NCBI GenBank assembly: GCA_965223905.1
Contig: CBDCXV010000010.1
Coordinates: 1,216,001-1,280,000, forward strand
DNA length: 64,000 bases
Origin: Candidatus Latescibacterota bacterium
GTDB lineage: Bacteria; Latescibacterota; UBA2968; UBA8231
Direction of reading: 5' to 3'
This document shows, one piece after another, positions 58,933 to 64,000 of this stretch; the stretch's first letter is position 1, and every line of letters starts with the position of its first letter. Made by a program: the position numbers and the translations under genes. The notes under the pieces were generated by a model, which did not search any database, had not been told where the DNA came from, and saw only the letters and a list, made by a program, of their open reading frames with translations.

Positions 58933-60432
58933 ATGCTGCGAACGAGTCTGCAGTTTGTCGGCGTCGCCCTGGTCTGCCTGGTCCTGGCCGACCTGGAGGT
59001 CACCACACTCGATCCCTGGCGCGAGCTGCAACGCATCGGCCTGGGGTTCCTGACCCCCGACCTGCCGGTCCTCTACACCTTCCGCGAAGCCCTCCTCAAC
59101 ACCGTCACCTTCGCCTTCTGCGGCATCTCCCTCGGCCTGGCCCTCGGCAGCGTCCTGGCCCTCTTCTTCCAGGTCACCGCGGTCAGGCTGTTCTGCGCCT
59201 TCATCCGCGCCATCCACGAGATCTTCTGGGCCTTCCTGTTCCTGCCGGTCGTCGGCCTCAACCCGATGTGCGGGGTGCTGGCCATCGGCATTCCCTACGC
59301 CGGCATCTTCGCCAAGGTGTTCGCCGAGATCATGCAGGAGGCGGACAACACGCCCCTGAAAGGCCTGCCCCTGCACACCCCTGGGCTGAGCAGGTTCTTC
59401 TACGGCGTGCTGCCGGTGATCTACGCCGACGTCAAGAACTACACCTCGTACCGGTTCGAGTGCGCCCTGCGCTCGAGCGCCATCCTCGGGTTCATCGGCC
59501 TGCCGACCCTGGGGTTCCACCTCGAGACCGCCTTCCGCGAAGGGCTCTACAGCGAGGCCCCGGCCCTCCTCTACGCCTTCTACCTGCTCATCGCCTCGCT
59601 GCGCTACTGGCTGAAGCCGAAGGTGGCGATCGCCTGCGCCGCGGCCTCGTTCGCCCTGATCTCGACGGAGATACACCTCTCCTGGCAGAACATCACCCGC
59701 TTCGCGACCTGGGAGATCCTGCCCTGGCCGATGCGGCGCGAGGGGTTCCTCGACGGCAGCGGCGAGGTCGCCTTCCCCGCGGGCAGGGTGTGGGATTGGG
59801 CTTTGAAGATCCTGTCGCAGGAAGCGCTGCCCGGGGTGTGGAACACGGTGCTGCTGACGCAGGTGGTTCTGGTGGGGACCGGGCTGTTCACCCTGGTCTT
59901 CTTCGGCGGCATCTGCCGCCACTTCGTCAGGACCAGGCTGTCGCGGGGGCTGGCCAACTACTTCCTCATCGTCATGAGGACGACGCCGGAGTACATCCTC
60001 GCCTACGTCTTCCTGCAGCTCTGGGGCCCGTCGATGCTGCCGGCCGTCCTCGCCATCACCCTGCACAACGGCGCCATCCTGTCGCACCTCACCGGCCAGA
60101 ACGCCAACCTCGTGAAGCTCGAGATCGACGCGGCCAAGAAGCGGGCGAACCGCTACCTGTTCGAGGTCCTGCCGCGGGTGTACGGGCAGTTCATGGCCTT
60201 CCTGTTCTACCGCTGGGAGGTGATGATGCGGGAGTCGGCCATCCTCGGGATTCTGGGGATCTCGACCCTCGGGTTCTTCATCGACAGCGCCATCGCCGAC
60301 GACAAGCTCGACAAGGCGGTGTTCCTGATCCTGGTGACCGCGGTGCTCAACATCGGCATCGACACGGTCTCGCAGAGGATCAGGAGGCGGCTGCGGGTGA
60401 GCACCGGGGCGGTGTTCACCTACCAGCGGTAG
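58933..60432 (+). CDS. PhnE-like ABC permease (duplicated domain)
   Basis: RAIHEIFWA, YRFECALRSSAILG, RTTPEY, YRWEVMMRESAILG. Confidence 0.85.
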   Translation: MLRTSLQFVGVALVCLVLADLEVTTLDPWRELQRIGLGFLTPDLPVLYTFREALLNTVTFAFCGISLGLALGSVLALFFQVTAVRLFCAFIRAIHEIFWAFLFLPVVGLNPMCGVLAIGIPYAGIFAKVFAEIMQEADNTPLKGLPLHTPGLSRFFYGVLPVIYADVKNYTSYRFECALRSSAILGFIGLPTLGFHLETAFREGLYSEAPALLYAFYLLIASLRYWLKPKVAIACAAASFALISTEIHLSWQNITRFATWEILPWPMRREGFLDGSGEVAFPAGRVWDWALKILSQEALPGVWNTVLLTQVVLVGTGLFTLVFFGGICRHFVRTRLSRGLANYFLIVMRTTPEYILAYVFLQLWGPSMLPAVLAITLHNGAILSHLTGQNANLVKLEIDAAKKRANRYLFEVLPRVYGQFMAFLFYRWEVMMRESAILGILGISTLGFFIDSAIADDKLDKAVFLILVTAVLNIGIDTVSQRIRRRLRVSTGAVFTYQR

Positions 60433-60438
60433 GCGGGC

Positions 60439-60459
60439 GCCGGGGGCGCAGCCCCCGGC
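60439..60459. terminator. GC-rich hairpin between convergent genes
   Basis: GCCGGGGGC-GCA-GCCCCCGGC; no clear U-tract. Confidence 0.5.
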
Positions 60460-60466
60460 ATCGCTC

Positions 60467-62935
60467 CTACTTCAGCAGCAACATCTTCCGCATCGACATA
60501 AAGCCGGCGGTGGAAAGGCGGTAGAGGTAGACGCCGCTCGCCACCTCGCGCCCCTGTTCGTCCCTGCCGTCCCAGGTGAAGGCGTGCCCGCCGGGGCCGA
60601 GGCCCTCCCAGGTCAGCAGCTGCAGCCTCCGCCCGGACAGGTCGAAGATCTCCAGGTGCAGGGGCCGGTCCCCCTGACTGCCGAGGACGTCGAAGCGGAT
60701 GGTGGTCCCGGCATTGAATGGATTGGGCACGTTCTGATACAGCACCGCGGCGACGGGCAACGCCGGTGCCCGCAGCCGGTAGGCATTTCCGGCAGCTACC
60801 ACGATCATGTCCCGCTGGAGGGAGGCAAACTGCTTCAGCTCGACCGGCGGAGACCGCACCGCGGCGTACTCGACGACCGGGTCCCCGAAGGTGTACTCGG
60901 AGTCGATCCAGACGCCGCCGCTGAGGTAGAACTGCCTTCCGAACCAGGAGGCGCTGGCGAGCTGTTCTTCTACTGCCGTGGTACCGCCTCCGCCTGAATC
61001 TGCCGTGGTACCGCCTCCGCCCGAATCGCCAACCGCTTCATCCGAGACCCCCTCGGGCAGGACCAGCGGCTGTACCACTCTGGACAGCTCGGTGCCGTCG
61101 TTGCGCACCACCCGGTCCACGGCGACGAAAGAGGTATAGGCGGTGAGCAGGTTGTAGGTCAGACCCAGCTCCATGATATGGCTTCGCACTCGCGCCTCCA
61201 GCCCCAGCCCCGCGTAGTCCCCCAGGGTGGCGATGAGCCGGCGGGCCCAGAGATAGCGGAGCGCCGCGTTGGACTCGTCGGGAGTCACCTGGGAGACGTC
61301 GATTTCGAAGGCGTACTCCCCCTGCCCCGTATGACCCCGCAGCGACAGGGTGCCCTGCCGTTCCCCCTGCCATTTCCCGTAGACCAGGACGGGCCGCTGC
61401 GCCAGCAGGTCCGGGATGACCGCCGGTTCCACCTCGTAGATGTCGAACCCCTCGGCCGCGAAGGTCGCTCCCGAAAGGACCGGGATGCGGATGTACTCGC
61501 GGAACCGGGCGGCCGTCTCTTCGGCCTCGTCCTCCCGGGTGACGACGAACGGCTCCCCGAATCCGACGCGCGCGATCCCCTCGATAAGGAAGCGGTTGAC
61601 GCTGGATCCTATGCCGAAGGCGAAGACGTTCGCGTCTCCGAGATTGTCCCTTATCAGGTCGAATACCTCCGCCTCCGCCGAGATGTACCCGTCGGTGGCG
61701 ATCACGATCGAGCGGGAGGTCTTCTCGCTCGTTCTCGGCAGCTGTATGGCGCGCTCGAGGGCCGCCCCGAGCCGGGTGCCGCCCGCTCCCTCGCTGGCAT
61801 CGATGAACTCGAGGGCCAGCTCTATGTTCTCACTCGATGACGGAAGGGATTTTTCCGACATCAGGTTGGAAACCCCGGCGAACAGCAGCACGTTGAAGTG
61901 GTCGGTCGGTCGAAGCGGCTCGATCAGGTCCCTCAGCAGCGCCTTCGACACATCGAGCGGATAGCCGCCCATCGACCCGGACACGTCGACGACGAAGATG
62001 TACTCCCGCGGGGGAATCTCCTCCTCGGAGACGCGCTCCGGCGGCTGGCCCATGAACAGGAAGAAGTTTTCGTCCAGGAAGCTTTCCCCCTCCCCCTCGT
62101 AGAGCAGCAGACCGGTTTCGATCCGGTCGCCCGCCAGGCTGTAGCGCAGGATGTAATCCCGGTTGCCGCCGGACTCGTCCGACTCGAGCAGCCCGACCCG
62201 CGCCCGGCCCGCCTCCGGGTAGGAGACGTCGACCTCGTGGGAAATCGAGTACAGGGCCTGAATCGGCACCCCGGTGGTCAGCTCGACGTCGATGTCGAAA
62301 CCGTAGGCGGCCGGCTCCCCTTCATGGGTGTAGGGCGTCGCCACGAACAGATCTCTGGAATCGGCCTCGGCCAGGGGAGTCTCCGAGTACCGCGGTCCCA
62401 CCACGGTCGGATATACGAACTCGTACTCCCCTTCGGCCGGCACGAGGGTTTCGGTGTAGCTCAGCTCGACGAAGATGGTATCTCCCGGCAGGATGTTGCC
62501 CACGGTCATCTGAAAGACGTTGGGACGCTGCTGCTCGAGGAGCGAGGCGGTGCGGCCCTCTTCGACCGCCTCTTCGTACTCCTGGCGCGCCTGTTCCCGT
62601 TCCCGTATCTCGGCCGTTATGATGCGGTCGCCGATGGTCATCTCCATTCCGTACACTGCGGCCTGGGTGGAGGCGGGGAATATATAGGTGGCCTCGAGGG
62701 GCCGTTCCCCTTCGTTGGCGTACTCCTGGCGGATCCTGACGTCGGCGATGACACCGGCGATCACCACCGTGGCGGCAACCGATTTCAGAGGAAGCTGGTC
62801 GAGGTCGGGATCGTCGGTTTCGACGAAGAAGAACGGGGAAAGGGTTTGCTGCGGGGGCTCCTGGAATTCCTGCTGCCCCCGGCCGGGCGAGGTGAGGAAT
62901 ACGAGGGTCAGCAGACAGGCGATGGGAACGATCAT
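60467..62935 (-). CDS. secreted VIT + vWA domain protein with C-terminal FlgD Ig-like (Por/T9SS-like) sorting domain
   Basis: GGAGG RBS and signal peptide; LPLK, ASLLEQQRPNVF, DVSGSM MIDAS, GGT, TDG, YTSFVAVD; QNVPNPFN...WDGRD..G..VASGVYLYRL. Confidence 0.85.
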   Translation of the reverse strand: MIVPIACLLTLVFLTSPGRGQQEFQEPPQQTLSPFFFVETDDPDLDQLPLKSVAATVVIAGVIADVRIRQEYANEGERPLEATYIFPASTQAAVYGMEMTIGDRIITAEIREREQARQEYEEAVEEGRTASLLEQQRPNVFQMTVGNILPGDTIFVELSYTETLVPAEGEYEFVYPTVVGPRYSETPLAEADSRDLFVATPYTHEGEPAAYGFDIDVELTTGVPIQALYSISHEVDVSYPEAGRARVGLLESDESGGNRDYILRYSLAGDRIETGLLLYEGEGESFLDENFFLFMGQPPERVSEEEIPPREYIFVVDVSGSMGGYPLDVSKALLRDLIEPLRPTDHFNVLLFAGVSNLMSEKSLPSSSENIELALEFIDASEGAGGTRLGAALERAIQLPRTSEKTSRSIVIATDGYISAEAEVFDLIRDNLGDANVFAFGIGSSVNRFLIEGIARVGFGEPFVVTREDEAEETAARFREYIRIPVLSGATFAAEGFDIYEVEPAVIPDLLAQRPVLVYGKWQGERQGTLSLRGHTGQGEYAFEIDVSQVTPDESNAALRYLWARRLIATLGDYAGLGLEARVRSHIMELGLTYNLLTAYTSFVAVDRVVRNDGTELSRVVQPLVLPEGVSDEAVGDSGGGGTTADSGGGGTTAVEEQLASASWFGRQFYLSGGVWIDSEYTFGDPVVEYAAVRSPPVELKQFASLQRDMIVVAAGNAYRLRAPALPVAAVLYQNVPNPFNAGTTIRFDVLGSQGDRPLHLEIFDLSGRRLQLLTWEGLGPGGHAFTWDGRDEQGREVASGVYLYRLSTAGFMSMRKMLLLK
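60973..61026. repeat. 27-bp tandem duplication encoding DSGGGGTTA x2
   Basis: CTGCCGTGGTACCGCCTCCGCC(T/C)GAAT twice, one mismatch. Confidence 0.85.
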
Positions 62936-63227
62936 GGCGCACCTCCTGGAGGGTCGCTCGAAATGGAGCGTGTGAGTGCGGATCGAAAGCCGGGGCACGG
63001 CCCGAAGATGCCGCCGCGATATCGGGAGCAGGAACTTCTCCCTCACTTCGGCCCAGTAGCTGATTTCTTCCGCGGAAATGCGATGATCCGCCATGGCGGT
63101 CTCCGTGTCAGGGGCCGGTAAGGTAACCGCTTGGATACCCGCGATGAAGCCGTCGAGCCCGTGGTGGGATGCCACCCCGGGCGGAAGGGCAACCCGGAGC
63201 AGGGGGAAGCTGTCCCTCCCGCAGGCG

Positions 63228-63623
63228 TCACATCCGCGGCATCGGCTCGAACAGGGAGATGTCCTCCATCGGGTAGTGGCCGCGGTTGTAGGTGACCAAA
63301 ACGAGACCCCTTTCCTTCGCCGTCGCGGCTATGAGCGCATCCCCCCGGCCCAGGGTCACCCCCCGGCCGCGGAAGTCGCGCCAGTACCCGGCCGCGGCCA
63401 GGGCGACGCGGCTGTCCGCGGCGATCTGGTCCAGCGTCTCGAGGAATCGGCGCGTCGGCTCCTCCTCCTGAGGGCGGGCGCCCACCCAGACCTCGAACGC
63501 GGAGAGCGCGGAGCAGCCCAGGGGTTGTTCGTCCTCGATGGTCCGCAGCAGGGCCTCGGTGGGCTCGTGGCCCCGCAGGTGCCAGATGATGACGTCGGTG
63601 TCGAGCAGGTAGCGCAGCGCCAT
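63228..63623 (-). CDS. vapC: VapC-family PIN-domain toxin
   Basis: YLLDTDVII, FEVWVG, DALIAATA, LVTYN..HY. Confidence 0.9.
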   Translation of the reverse strand: MALRYLLDTDVIIWHLRGHEPTEALLRTIEDEQPLGCSALSAFEVWVGARPQEEEPTRRFLETLDQIAADSRVALAAAGYWRDFRGRGVTLGRGDALIAATAKERGLVLVTYNRGHYPMEDISLFEPMPRM

Positions 63624-63899
63624 TCAACCGCTCTCCGGTCTTCCGGGTTTGCGCCAGCCCTCCTCGTCCCGAAGGGAATCGATCTGTTTCCACACGTCCT
63701 CGTGTGTCCGCAGGTGAGGGTAGTCGTCGTCGCGCCAGGCCCCGAAGGTCTGCTCTCTTTCCGTTCGGAAGGCCAGCTGCCTCAGGCGGCTCTCGATGGC
63801 CTCGGCGATGAACTCGCTTCGCTTCCGCTCGGGCACGCGGGCCCGCAGCGCGGCCGCGGTCGCCTCCGGAAGGACGATGGTGGTACGCACTTTGTTCAT
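63624..63899 (-). CDS. RHH/CopG-like antitoxin
   Basis: RTTIVLP...RSEFIAEAI, FGAW; directly upstream of vapC. Confidence 0.8.
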   Translation of the reverse strand: MNKVRTTIVLPEATAAALRARVPERKRSEFIAEAIESRLRQLAFRTEREQTFGAWRDDDYPHLRTHEDVWKQIDSLRDEEGWRKPGRPESG

Positions 63900-64000
63900 T
63901 GTTATCCGGCCGATCGGTATGACATGTGAGCTGATTTCATGTGACTTGATGTATGCATAACCATGAAGCGGAGGCTGCCGGCGTCAAGGCTTGCCGGTAG

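Noticed and set aside
57344-60432. Phosphonate utilisation (phn) operon
   Set aside because: No C-P lyase or ptxD genes; linkage to selD/sen favours a selenium-related role
63920-63950. CATGTGA direct repeats upstream of the antitoxin as a TA operator
   Set aside because: Only two short copies at the window edge; insufficient support
1-64000. Numerous long antisense or alternate-frame ORFs (e.g. 57436..60087 -, 35968..37860 +, 12685..14367 +, 58236..60524 + beyond its first 26 codons)
   Set aside because: Shadow ORFs expected at high GC; Arg/Pro/Gly-rich, motif-free, and overlapping well-supported genes
1-64000. tRNA (including selC), rRNA, integrase or transposase genes
   Set aside because: None recognisable by eye; a covariance-model search would be needed to exclude small RNAs

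Overview
High-GC bacterial chromosome segment. The C-terminal FlgD-Ig-like sorting domain, sulfatase and phytanoyl-CoA dioxygenase genes suggest an FCB-group lineage such as Latescibacterota or Gemmatimonadota (inference only). Contents in order: queC/queF, ispH, assorted catabolic and housekeeping genes, an ABC-2 exporter, SRAP, and an orphan coiled-coil/beta-CASP nuclease. Next is a small membrane protein split by an in-frame TGA followed by a SECIS-like hairpin, a candidate unannotated selenoprotein. Then comes a tightly coupled 8-gene operon of unknown function (GlmL/MutL-like actin-fold ATPase, DUF6754-like and other membrane proteins). A lower-GC defence island (about 38.6-52.4 kb) carries a 25-repeat CRISPR array, a type I-G effector with a compact Cas8, a separate I-C-like cas4/cas1/cas2 module, and an ABC-ATPase + TOPRIM-like pair. 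A selenium island has senA-senB divergent from a Sec-containing selD and a PhnCDE-like ABC importer. The window ends with a secreted VIT-vWA protein and a VapBC pair. At least six genes carry small frameshifting indels, probably assembly errors. All family calls come from motif recognition by eye; no database searches were run.
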